Notes under the pieces: generated by a model
The model's database searches: none
What the model was told of the DNA's origin: nothing
What the model saw: only the letters and a program-made list of their open reading frames with translations
In this document: piece by piece, positions 13,242 to 24,198 of the stretch
Layout: each line of letters opens with the position of its first letter
How positions within the stretch are numbered: position 1 is the stretch's first letter
Program-made: the position numbers and the translations under genes
NCBI RefSeq assembly: GCF_002105155.1
Contig: NW_019028997.1
Coordinates: forward strand, 372,001-436,000
Source: Lobosporangium transversale
Lineage: Eukaryota
DNA length: 64,000 nucleotides
Reading direction: 5' to 3'

Positions 13242-15885
13242 ATGGCAGACGAAATCACTCTCTTTTGCATTATTGATGGAAAATCCACAGCGTTTTCTGT
13301 GGACATTCTACCAACAAAGACCGTGGGCCATCTCAAACAGGCAATCAAGAAAAAGAAAGAAAACGCTCTTCAAGGCATTGATGCCAACAAACTCAATCTT
13401 TACCATGTCTCCATCCCTCCGCGCCGAAAAGACAAATCACGCTCAACAATCTAACAGTCGAAGAAAGGTCAAAAGAGCCAGAGGAGCTAGACGACCCGAC
13501 AAGTGAGATTTCTGAAGTCTTTGGAACGGCACCATCAAAGAAAACTATTCATGTCATTGTTCAGCCTCCATCAGTAGGTAAGAAGTCGTTAAATTCTAAC
13601 TGTCCTTGTTACTGTGGCATGCAAGCATTTAATGTCTAATGATCCATCTTCTTTATATTTGATTTTGCATATTGTGGTATAGATCCGTCCACTTCCGCTT
13701 TGTGTAAGGCTCATTTGTTTAACTGATTCTCTGCTTTTTTCAAAAGGTTATGATGGCGACGCGTCTAATTAATTAATTAAATAATTAATTAACTAGCTCC
13801 TGCAGTCTTACCTGCCGTTCAACCTGTACTCACGGCTTTTTCACCTTCTCCTCCAACAAGTCAAACGAGCTCTTCCTCCCGTAAGTAAGAAAAGAAGGAA
13901 TGAGTCAGCATTACTGTTCATCAGACAGGCTAATTAATTAATTGCAACTAAGAGACTAATTACCTTAATTGCGGAATAATTATAGAGGACCTCGAGACCA
14001 CAATTGAAAGAATTACAACACGTTTCTTTGCTCATAATTCACCAGCAGCAATATTTCTTAACGAGTACGTAAAGGCGACAAATCAACTTCCAGTGACTAC
14101 TGAAGGGGTAACTGGACTACCGAGAGCATGGAGACGAGGAAAGACTTTCGAACCAACATTAGAATCACGACCAAACTTTCTCTTTCTGGACTTACCAGAA
14201 GCACCATCCGATAACGTTATACCGGATCAATTCCGTTCAAATGTTATACTAACCGCACTCGAGAACACTGACGCTCGCGACGTACCTGTATTTGGCGTTG
14301 TAGGTTTGCTGTCTCATTATTTGTAGTCACCTCGCATTGTACTCCCTAGTCTAACTCTTCCTTTTGTTACATATTTCTTAATAGAGTGGCTGCGGCAAGA
14401 CGAGATCAGTTATAGAGATGCTTTGCCTTCGGTGGGGATTCTATTTTAATGCATCAGACAGGGATCATGGCTCAGACGATCTATCGTTCATGGCGGAGTA
14501 TATTGACCAAGAAACTTCAGAGAAACGAGATCAAAAAGACAATACATCTACAGCGAGGAAAGTTACCCTTCTTTTATATCTCTCAAGGATCCTTATTCTC
14601 AAGTTTTGTTTATCTGTTCCTAGCTGCCGTAATACTTTCTCAAGTAAAAGCTGGGCCTTGCTTCAAATCTGTCCAGTCATTTTCTCAGACGTATTCTCTA
14701 TTCTATTCAGGCAACTTCTTTCTCACCTTGACCACAAGAATATTGCATGGACAATCATTTGCGCAGTTGTACAAAATCATTTTGTTTCAACAAAGGAACT
14801 GCTCATAGGAATGAATTACCCAAACTTTACCACCAACACGAAACTACGGCTCGTTGTAGATGAGGCCCAAATTTTAGGCGATCAAGGCGATGGACTATTT
14901 GTGTCATCATATTCTGACTCTGAACCACAACCAGTATTGTCACCCATTTTGCATGGATTTAGGGATCCTACCCAGCGCTCGGAACTTACGGTCATATACT
15001 GCGGAACGGGTCAGCATTCGAACACTTGACCAGGGGCTTTGCAGTGGCGATGGAGTTAAAGAATACGGCTCTCCGATGTTTCCTCATTTGGAGTTTGTAG
15101 GCTGGCAGAGTGAAGATTCTGTCAGATCGTTTATTGATCGCATCAAGTCTCAACTCAATGACGAAGCTTGGAGTAGTAGGATTGATATGTTAATTCCACC
15201 AGAGGCAATATCTATGCTTCATAAAAGACTCACTGGCCGATTTAGACCGATTGTCACTGCAATCGAAGGTATTATTGCCACCAATGATGCAGCCAAGTGG
15301 GAAAGTATCATTGCCAACACAGAAGCAATGCTATCGTCGTGGGAGGATAAAGTGCGTCGTGGGAACATGATCGGTGAATTATTGAGGACGACAAACAAGA
15401 TAAAGAATCATCCAGAACGATTCTCATCATTCTTCAACATTGAGGATACTCTGGTACTCTTCTTCAAGCGGTGGTACCTCCTTGGAGAGACCATATTTAT
15501 TTTGAAAGAGGAGGCGGCATTACTAGTCGAATCAGCTCTTGGGCGTATCAAGATCTTTGGTGGCAATGCTTGTGTGGCTATGGATGAACCATTGGTATTA
15601 AAAGCCGTCCAGAATTACTTTAAACAAAAGGATCCTCTGTTCGTTGCTGCAGCAGAACGAATGATGCTTACGTTGACCAATCCATCTGAACAGGCAGCTA
15701 GACAGCTTATTAGATATCATTTAAGAGCCATGGCTCATTTAGAAAGCATCATAGATGACAATGCGCCTATTCCTGGGATACAAGAAGTACTACAAGCTGT
15801 ACAGAAAGTCTCTGATCTGTGCGAAGCACGGCTTCCAGTGCTACCAGGACTCAAACTTAGCAATAAACGTCAGAGGCAACGGTGA
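13242..15885 (+). pseudogene. Crinkler (CRN)-type effector gene: CRN N-terminal domain plus P-loop NTPase, frameshifted
   Basis: LFCIIDG..AFSVDI..TVGHLKQAIK..IDANKLNLYHV and KTIHVIVQPP. Walker A GV|SGCGKT is split by intron 14300-14384; Walker B LVVDEAQ. Frameshifts near 13415 and 15012. Confidence 0.85.
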
Positions 15886-16128
15886 GTAAGTATTTTCTAG
15901 ATAAATATAAAATAACAGGCTCAAATGGTTTACAAAATGAAATAAAAGAGATCGTTTAGTATTATTTCATAATAAAAAGGCATATCGCTAAAATGACTAA
16001 AAAATTAAGTTTCAGCGACTCTTGTTTCTTTTTTTTGCCTGTCCTGGTTTAGTAGCCAATCAGCATCGACCATCAGGGCATGCCATGAAAGAACAATCGC
16101 CCTTAACGTGTTAGTCTTTCGATAAATA

Positions 16129-16156
16129 CGAGCCGGAGACCGTGGCTTCGCCACGG
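16129..16156 (-). terminator. Helitron 3' terminator hairpin with CTCG end
   Basis: Perfect 7-bp GC-rich stem with GAA loop (16140-16156), 7-nt spacer, then CTCG followed by T; same strand as the RepHel remnant. Confidence 0.7.
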
Positions 16157-17915
16157 CCGGCTCTTGCCTCGTTAGAAATTTTATGGAGACAAAATAAAGC
16201 GTATTCCAACGATTGGTTTTGAAAATAAAAAGCGTTACCATTTATAACTTTTTTATTGACTGCGGTCTTTTTTACCATTTTAAAAACTACCAACAAAATC
16301 GACACAAGCAAGATCAGGTAAGTTGTATACAGCAGTAAAATAATCAAAAAATAAAATACAAAATAAGAAAGAGTATCTGGAAGATACGGCAGTAAATGAG
16401 AGGACGCTTATTTACAACGCATCCTTGGAGACAATGTTCCACATGTATAGCCCAGGTCTGAGATTAAGCTCAATTGCACCCATTACGCCGATATATGCAT
16501 CCGCCTTCAGCTTGGACTGGTATTCGTTGATGAACTGAAGTCGATCCGCCTCCAGTCTGCTGTATTGGTTGGTAGCGCACTGGTGAGTCAAGCACGTACT
16601 CATCCAGATGAAAGATCGCTGGTCTGTTGAGCTCAAAGGACGAATTTGCATCCTGTACATGTAAAACTCCTTTAGCTTGGCGTATTCTCGACTTTCCCTA
16701 GCTCGGTCATTGCCCCCATCCACATCCATCTCTAGCTGGTTGTCATCGTTACCTCCGTCATAGCTGTCACCATGAGACCCTGCAGAAGTTTGACCTGACC
16801 TAGACCATTTTTTATACTTTTTATATGTCCAGTCCTCGCCTTTTGGATGCAAGAGGATATAATGGAGGCTGTCGTAAGCTGGATGGACCTCACTGGCTTT
16901 CTTCAAACCAGCGGCTCTGCTTTCTATTATGATGCCTCGCTGAGAATCCTTATTACTGTCGCCAGCCATCAAAACCACGCTTTCAGTTGATGAAAGGGCC
17001 TGTACTGCATTCGCCTTTGCCCTCTCCTCTCATGCTGAGGCCCAGCACGGATGACGACCTTCAGCCGCATGATATCCTCGTGCGCACATTCTCTGCTGTC
17101 CTTGAGCGTATGGGCTATCGGGTAGTGTAGTTCAAGGGGTCGCTGTAGTCCCTGCAACAGGCCTTCATCAGGGAATCCCCGAAATGGTTAATACGGATCC
17201 TTGCTTGCTGAACAGGGTCATGAATGTGAGTGTGAGCCTGCAGGAGCTGAGAGGCAGCGCCTTCAGTTGGCGTCATAGGACCAATCAGAGTACTAACCCC
17301 TCCAATGATACGAAGCGTGTACACTCCATATAGGTTGTTCGCAAGGTCTTTATCAAGATTCACTTCCATGGACATGGACGAAAGAGTGCAGTTATATGCT
17401 TATATGTGTTTACGGAATAACTTACCTTGCCGCTCTGGTCATCAAGAAGTTAAATCAAGGTCGAGCGGAGGAATATTCACTTGACCTCTCCCACAGCACA
17501 AAGGAAATTCTGGTCAGCTTATACTACTGCGTTGCACACACATTCTTCAATAAACATGAAGGCACCGCAATAAGGGCAACTGACCATCGGCTCTAAGCGG
17601 TACCTATATTGCATAATATTGGGACCCGAAACAAAATCTTGCTGAAACCTTTTTCTAGCGGGTGATAGAAAGTTATCTTCGGCAAAGGAATTATCTTCGG
17701 TAGAAGGATCATCCTCAACAGAAGGATCGTCTTTACGCTAGTGTATTCTGAAGGTCAATGGTAAGTGGTAATAGTGTAGAATTAAGGACACATAATGTAT
17801 AGTATAATAAGCCAATAAAAAACCGAACAAAAAGTAGCACACCTTTGTCTTTGTATGGGTCTTTCATTTCGTCTTCATCATTTTCAAAAACAATACTTCG
17901 TGTGCACACAGGCCT

Positions 17916-18744
17916 AGCGCCATTTTGCACTGAGTTACTAACAACGCTATTAAAGCAGTAAAAAGGAAAAAAACTAAGGGTTAATGGTCCACTGATGAGA
18001 CGAAAAAAATCCAACCGTTGAAAATCAAACTCACCCTTTATTACTTGGGCATGGCCTACGACCATCCCTAGGCAACTGCAGATACTGCATTTATACACTG
18101 TAGGAGGCTGGTTGACGGTGCTTGCCCTGCGGATAAGTAATAATGATGGAGGGTTAAAAAAAGAATATCAAAAACTAATGAAAATCATTTGAATATGAAA
18201 TAGGGAACCTATGCCTTCAAATTGACCCAACATTCTGCACATGGTTGCTGGTAGCGCAATTCAAGTTATAGAAGGTATATAAGCTTAAGCTCTGCATGCG
18301 CCGGCCACTACCATGTCAAAAAAAAAAAAAAAAAAAAAAAGTTCAATAGGATTGTTAAATACCGAAATTACTTTACTCTTCATTATTTGAGTATGAGCTG
18401 CGCACATGACCGGATGACTGCACCCACACACAGACATGGAATGGAAGGAGGAACGATGCGATTGGGAAAACTCGTTCTGTCTCTATCAGTTGAGAAAATA
18501 TTATTAATATTCCAAAAACATAAAAATAAAAAAATAAAAAGGCCTTACCACATTCCTTACGTTCTGAGAGCATAGTCTCTTGCCATGTCCGTCGCTGCTG
18601 CACAGGCTACATGCCATGAGGCGTAGCATTGAGAGGGATCTTTAACTAATATAGATAATAAGATCCAAAAAAAAATAAAATAAAATAAAATGAAAAATAA
18701 ACGTAATAGTGGCAAAAGTAGAGAGCAGTGGATAAACGTGAATT
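17916..18744. repeat. ~830-bp direct repeat, copy A (5' region of the Helitron)
   Basis: Colinear and highly similar to 23364-24198, from agcgccattttgcactgag to ggataaacgtgaatt. Confidence 0.95.
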
Positions 18745-19765
18745 TGAAAATAAGATTTTTTGCGACCAAAAATGGTCGCAGTTTGGGGTAGTTTTTTTAC
18801 ATGTGTTTTGTACGCAAAATATTATCCCTTGTCCTGAATTGCGACCATTTTGGTCGCCAAAATGCTCAGTTAAACAACATTCTACTAATTGCGACTCCCC
18901 CCATTCTTAAAAGAACTTAATCTCTGGTATTACGGGAGTGCATTAAGAAATGCATTTCATTATGGTGATTCATTCAGCATGCACATTCTAATACGACGAC
19001 TAAACTATGAGCTTATTTTTTCATTCATTCATTCGAAAATGAGAGTGGTTAATCTATTTTTATTTCAATTGAAACTATGCCTTCATGTCTTTCAGAGGCA
19101 TTTGGTGTTATACTGAGAGAGAAAAACAATAAAAGTGTCACTTTTCCACGCTTCCATACCGCTAGGCTTTTATGTTATTTCCCTTCAACTTCTATCTAGT
19201 ACACGATGGATCTGCAATACATTGTTAATGATGAAGACTATCAATCCCAACTTGATGACTTTGGAGATTTGGATCAAAAAAAAAAAAAAAAAAAAAGATG
19301 GACATCGCCAATTTCGCTTAAATCTTGTAAACCAATTTTTATCGCTATTTAAGTCTCAAGTTGTCATCGAGCAAAGGAACTCAAAGAGAAACGTAGAAAG
19401 TAATGAGTCTCTGGAGGCTACTTTCAAGATTTCAAAAGGCCCATATATTACTAAACACTCTCCTCCAAGCCCTCGTCGACATCTACCAGCCTTTCATTTC
19501 CCGATAAGAACCAAAGAAAGTGAAGGAAGAGATGTTAAGAGTAGGATGGCATGCGAAAACAGCAGGGCTAAGGGTATTAAGGAAGGCATGAAGCCCACCT
19601 CACGATCAGAATGGATATGGGCTACATGTAGGGTTCCTCTTTGCTTGAAAGCAAAGCAGAATTGCATTGAGAAAAATAAGCTATAATATTTTGCGTACAA
19701 AACACATGTAAAAAACTACCCATTTTTGGTCGCAAAAAATCTTATTTTCGAATTCAGGATTAGGG
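18739..19765 (+). mobile_element. piggyBac-like non-autonomous derivative with inverted repeats
   Basis: ORF 19135-19686 with HRQFRLNLV..HFP..C..TCRVPLCL..NC (piggyBac C-terminal Cys-rich domain). Inverted repeat 18739-18825 vs 19683-19756; CCC..GGG ends at 18826 and 19765. Confidence 0.75.
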
Positions 19766-20050
19766 ATAAAAAAACCTATGAAGTATGTTCATGCAAAATA
19801 TCAACAAAAAAGAGGGGTAGATTTGTCTAAAAGGGCTAGGCCTGCTTGGATCGTAAAAATAAAATAAAATAACAACAGAAAAACAGATGAACATTTTTTT
19901 TTTCCTTTGACGCAGACTAGCTAGCTCTGGGAGACATAAGAGAGATATCAAGTGAAGTTTACAAATGTAGACATGAATCGAGGACAATGCTGTTGGTGTC
20001 AGGACCTTAAGACGTACCACAAGGAAGATGTCATATAATGATACGCTTTC

Positions 20051-22570
20051 TTGGAGAAGGACGACAAGATGCTTGAAATGCAGAAGGAGACTCTTAATTT
20101 ACAACAGCAAGCACTCGACAGACTTGCCACCCTTCAGCAGAAAGCTGAAGCTATCCTTATCCAGTCCTTTGAGCTACACGAGTACCCAATCCCTCGGCTG
20201 TTTATCATTTTGCCTATCGATCGTACCAAGTGGGACCCAATGAATATCTTGAGAAATAAGGTCCGACTTCATTTCTTATGCGAACACGGCATCCACGCCG
20301 TAAACGCAGTTAAGAGCTGTCACGCCCAGATCCATCTTGCCAGACATGAGGGATATGAGATCCGGGAGAGCACGGAGTTTTTCCAAAAGTATGGAAAATA
20401 CATGACCATCCTTTTACAGTGCCTCAGTATAGGAATGCCCTTGGCTGCCTCGCTTGGGTCAGTCCCGGATCTCAAAGCCGGTATCGATCATTCACTCAAC
20501 TATATGAAAGCGCTATCTGTTGAGTACCCGGCCTTGAACAGCATCAACACAATCGAGGACTATGAGGCACTTGAAGGAGCAGATCTCCGAGGACTGAGCA
20601 AATTCCTTCAAATCAACGATGAAGATGGGAAGCTTGGCAACTTGTACAGGACTACGACCGAAAGGGGGCATGTCAAATGGGTTTGTGTCGACCACTACCG
20701 CTTAACGTATAAAGAGAAAGAACAAAAAGCATTTGAAGGTGCTGTGGAGATGAACGGTGGCAAGTATGACTCACAGCTTGGTAAAGTGACCATTGAGTTG
20801 AGATCCAGAACCAGAGCTACAGAATTCTTTGATGCTTTGACCAAAGCAAAACATATTTACGAGTTGGACACCACACTCAACTGGGATTGGACCAAGACTG
20901 ACCTTGAAGCAATTGAGAGTGCACTAAGAGTGTCGAGTGTATCGATTCTTCGGCTTGACCTTGGTAGTCCTCAAGAAGGTATTGCCAGGAAACTGCTTTC
21001 AACAACTGCGAGATATGAAAGACTTGTTCGTATTATAGAGCTCAACACTATGAAAGTGGTCCGTATTGCATTGCCTTCAGACCTCATCAAGCTTTCCAGC
21101 CTACCAACTAAAAAGTCGCGACATCATCATGAGTTAACCTTTGAGATGAAGGCTCGAAATATCGGAGCAAGTGACTTTCAAGTGCTTGTAAATTCACTTG
21201 GGACCAACATGACTTTGACCAGCTTGGATTTGAAGAACAACTCCATTGAAGATAAAGGGGCTCTAGCACTCTCAGAGGCACTCAAGGTTAATAGGCATTT
21301 GGCTACTTTAGACTTGAGAGACAATCCGATTGAGAAGGAAGGAGTCCTGGCGCTTTTAGGCGCGCTCAGAACAAGTCCTACATTGACTACCTTGGGCCTG
21401 CAGAGCACTTTAGTTGAGGAAGAACTGTCGGAGGTACTCAAAGGCAACGCGACATCCGCCACTCTGAAATTGGGTTACAGTTCGATTCGGAATGAAATAA
21501 TTCTGGTACTAGCAGAGGCACTCAAGACAAATATGACCTTGGCCAATCTGGACTTGGAGAGCAACTCAATTGGGAATGAAGGAGCTCTGGCACTGTCAGA
21601 GGCACTCAAGACAAACACGACCTTGGCCAATCTGGACTTGGGATACAACTCAATTGGGAATGAAGGAGCTCTGGCACTTTCAGAGGCACTCAAGACAAAC
21701 ACGGCCTTGACCAATTTGATCTTGAGACACAACTCAATTGGGAAAGAAGGAGCTCTGGCACTTTCAGAGGCACTCAAGACAAACACGGCCTTGACCAATT
21801 TGATCTTGAGATACAACTCAATTGGGAATGAAGGAGCTCTGGCACTGTCAGAGGCACTCAAGACAAACACGGCCTTGACTAATTTGAACTTATGGAACAA
21901 CTCAATTGGGGATGAAGGAGCTCTGGCACTGTCAGAGGCACTCAAGACAAATATGACCTTGGCCAATCTGGACTTGGGATACAACTCAATTGGGAATGAA
22001 GGAGCTCTGGCGCTTTCAGAGGCACTCAAGACAAACACGGCCTTGACTAATTTGATCTTGAATAGCAACTCAATTGGGAAGGAAGGAGCTCTGGCACTTT
22101 CCGAGGCACTCAAGACAAACACGACCTTGACTAATTTGAACTTGAATGACAACTCAATTGAGAATGAAGGAGCTCTGGCACTTTCAGAGACGCTCAAGAC
22201 AAACACGGCCTTGACCAATTTGAACTTGGGATACAACTTAATTCGGAATGAAGGAACTCTGGCACTTTCCGAGGCACTCAAGACAAACACGGCCTTGACT
22301 AATTTGAACTTATGGAACAACTCAATTGGGGATGAAGGAGCTCTGGCACTGTCAGAGGCACTCAAGACAAATATGACCTTGGCCAATCTGGACTTGGGAT
22401 ACAACTCAATTGGGAATGAAGGAGCTCTGGCGCTTTCAGAGGCACTCAAGACAAACACGACCTTGATCACTTTGGACTTGAGGCACAATGAGAGCATAGG
22501 CACAGTAGATAGACGCCTGGGCCCTTTGTTTCCCATGAGACAATCGGTCCAAGGAAGAGACAAGAGATAG
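20051..22570 (+). CDS. RNI-like (28-aa) leucine-rich repeat protein with a conserved N-terminal domain; first in-frame ATG 20069, possibly 5'-truncated
   Basis: Uninterrupted 839-codon frame: coiled-coil, ELHEYPIPRLF..HFLCEHG..HEGY..GNLYR..GHVKWVC.DHY domain, then LxxLxLxxNxIgxeGAxaLseAL repeats. Confidence 0.9.
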   Translation: MEKDDKMLEMQKETLNLQQQALDRLATLQQKAEAILIQSFELHEYPIPRLFIILPIDRTKWDPMNILRNKVRLHFLCEHGIHAVNAVKSCHAQIHLARHEGYEIRESTEFFQKYGKYMTILLQCLSIGMPLAASLGSVPDLKAGIDHSLNYMKALSVEYPALNSINTIEDYEALEGADLRGLSKFLQINDEDGKLGNLYRTTTERGHVKWVCVDHYRLTYKEKEQKAFEGAVEMNGGKYDSQLGKVTIELRSRTRATEFFDALTKAKHIYELDTTLNWDWTKTDLEAIESALRVSSVSILRLDLGSPQEGIARKLLSTTARYERLVRIIELNTMKVVRIALPSDLIKLSSLPTKKSRHHHELTFEMKARNIGASDFQVLVNSLGTNMTLTSLDLKNNSIEDKGALALSEALKVNRHLATLDLRDNPIEKEGVLALLGALRTSPTLTTLGLQSTLVEEELSEVLKGNATSATLKLGYSSIRNEIILVLAEALKTNMTLANLDLESNSIGNEGALALSEALKTNTTLANLDLGYNSIGNEGALALSEALKTNTALTNLILRHNSIGKEGALALSEALKTNTALTNLILRYNSIGNEGALALSEALKTNTALTNLNLWNNSIGDEGALALSEALKTNMTLANLDLGYNSIGNEGALALSEALKTNTALTNLILNSNSIGKEGALALSEALKTNTTLTNLNLNDNSIENEGALALSETLKTNTALTNLNLGYNLIRNEGTLALSEALKTNTALTNLNLWNNSIGDEGALALSEALKTNMTLANLDLGYNSIGNEGALALSEALKTNTTLITLDLRHNESIGTVDRRLGPLFPMRQSVQGRDKR
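21515..22490 (+). repeat. Coding tandem array of 12 x 84-bp LRR units
   Basis: gaggcactcaagacaaa (one variant copy) recurs with exact 84-nt period at 21515, 21599 ... 22439; 21851-22039 is identical to 22271-22459. Confidence 0.97.
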
Positions 22571-23051
22571 ATCGAGAAGTAGGCAAAGAGACGAGCCAAG
22601 AGGCGGACAGCGAGATAAGCAGAGAGAGAGAGGTTTACTACTTTTGCTGCTCTCTCTCTTAATTCGTCTCTGCCCAGCGAAAAATATATTTATATAGTCA
22701 CTGTCCAAGCGACAAGAGTGAGTTTCGATGGTTGCCACCAAGTATGTGGATAAGATTTCAATAGTTGCATTTGTTCCAGCTTGTCCAACCTAACATGCCG
22801 TTCGCTTATTCAACTCTTTTTGCCAGATAAACTAGGGCATTCGTATTACTTTGTCGTTCGTGTCATTCTTTAGCTCTTTTTTAATCTAATTAAAAGATAT
22901 ATACATCAATAAGCCTATATGCCTCTGTATTGTATATGGTCGAGATGAATACTTTTGTCTATGCTCAGTGATGTTGAGACCATGTAGGGTATGGCTAATG
23001 GTTTACTCTCTAATGCCATGATCTTTTAGAGTCTTAAAGGGCTTAAAAGAC

Positions 23052-23083
<32 letters not shown>

Positions 23084-23363
23084 CCAGATTTTTCAAGTAT
23101 TTCATATATTTCAAGAATGTTACTTACTATCGTCCTTAATTTATACATATTTGTATTGGATAAGGGTAAAAATGGGGAGAGCAAAACTTTCTATAAATCA
23201 ATAATATCCACATTACATGTAGGCTGTAGGCTGTAGTCTCTAGTTTGTAGTCTGTTGGCAAAATGTTTGTAGTCTACATGTTCTTCGCCCTCTCCTCCTC
23301 CCCTTGTGCTAAATGCTATATACATGTTATTACGCTATATGCTTTAAAAATGCCCCCTACCCC

Positions 23364-24198
23364 AGCGCCATTTTGCACTGAGTTACTAACAACGCTATTA
23401 AAGCAGTAAAAAGGAAAAAAACTAAGGGTTAATGGTCCACTGATGAGACGAAAAAAATCCAACCGTTGAAAATCAAACTCACCCTTTATTACTTGGGCAT
23501 GGCCTACGACCATCCCTAGGCAACTGCAGATACTGCATTTATACACTGTAGGAGGCTGGTTGACGGTGCTTGCCCTGCGGATAAGTAATAATGATGGAGG
23601 GTTAAAAAAAGAATATCAAAAACTAATGAAAATCATTTGAATATAAAATAGAGAGCCTATGCCTTCCAATTGATCCGACATTCTGCACATGGCTGCTGGT
23701 AGCGCTATTCAAGTTATAGAAGGTATATAAGCTTAAGCTCTGCATGCGCCAGCCACTATCATGTCAAAAAAAAAAAAAAAAAAAAAAAAAGTTCTCTAGG
23801 ATTGTTAAATACCGAAATTGCTTACTCTTCATTATTTGAGTATGAGCTGCGCACATGGCCTGGACGACTGCACCCACACTCAGACGCGGAATGGAAGAAG
23901 GAACGATGCGATTGGGAAAACTTGTTCTGTCTCTATCAGTTGAGAAAATATCATTAATATTTATATATTCCAAAAACATAAAAATAAAAAAGTAAAAAGG
24001 CCTTATCACATTCCTTACATTCTGAGGGCATAATCTCTTGCCATGTCCGTCGCTGCTGCACAGGCTACATGCCATGAGGCGTAGCATTGAGAGGGATCTT
24101 TAACTAATATAGATAATAAGATCCAAAAAAAAATAAAAATAAAATAAAAAATAAACGTAATAGTGGCAAAAGTAGAGAACAGTGGATAAACGTGAATT
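23364..24198. repeat. ~830-bp direct repeat, copy B (Helitron 5' region, truncated before RepHel motifs)
   Basis: Matches 17916-18744; encodes MACSLCSSDGHGKRLCP on the minus strand. Confidence 0.95.

Larger units (their letters stand above)
16129..18744 (-). mobile_element. Helitron, internally deleted and degenerate RepHel with retained 3' terminus
   Basis: CPYCGAFMFIEE..FPLCCGRGQV, YNCTLSSMSMEVNLD..GVYTLRIIG, SEVHPAYDSLHYILLHPKGE, EFYMYRMQIR and RLEADRLQFI..Q.KLKADAY. 3' hairpin CCGTGGC-GAA-GCCACGG followed by CTCG|T at 16129. Confidence 0.88.

Noticed and set aside
17985..18010. CTGATGAG-AC-GAAA resembling a hammerhead ribozyme core (also in repeat copy B)
   Set aside because: No room for stem II and no convincing stems I/III.
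21515..22490. CRISPR-like periodicity
   Set aside because: In-frame coding tandem repeats with no unique spacers, in a eukaryotic context with no cas genes.
21475..22599. 374-aa antisense ORF over the LRR array
   Set aside because: Shadow frame: one stop-free repeat unit keeps the whole antisense array open.
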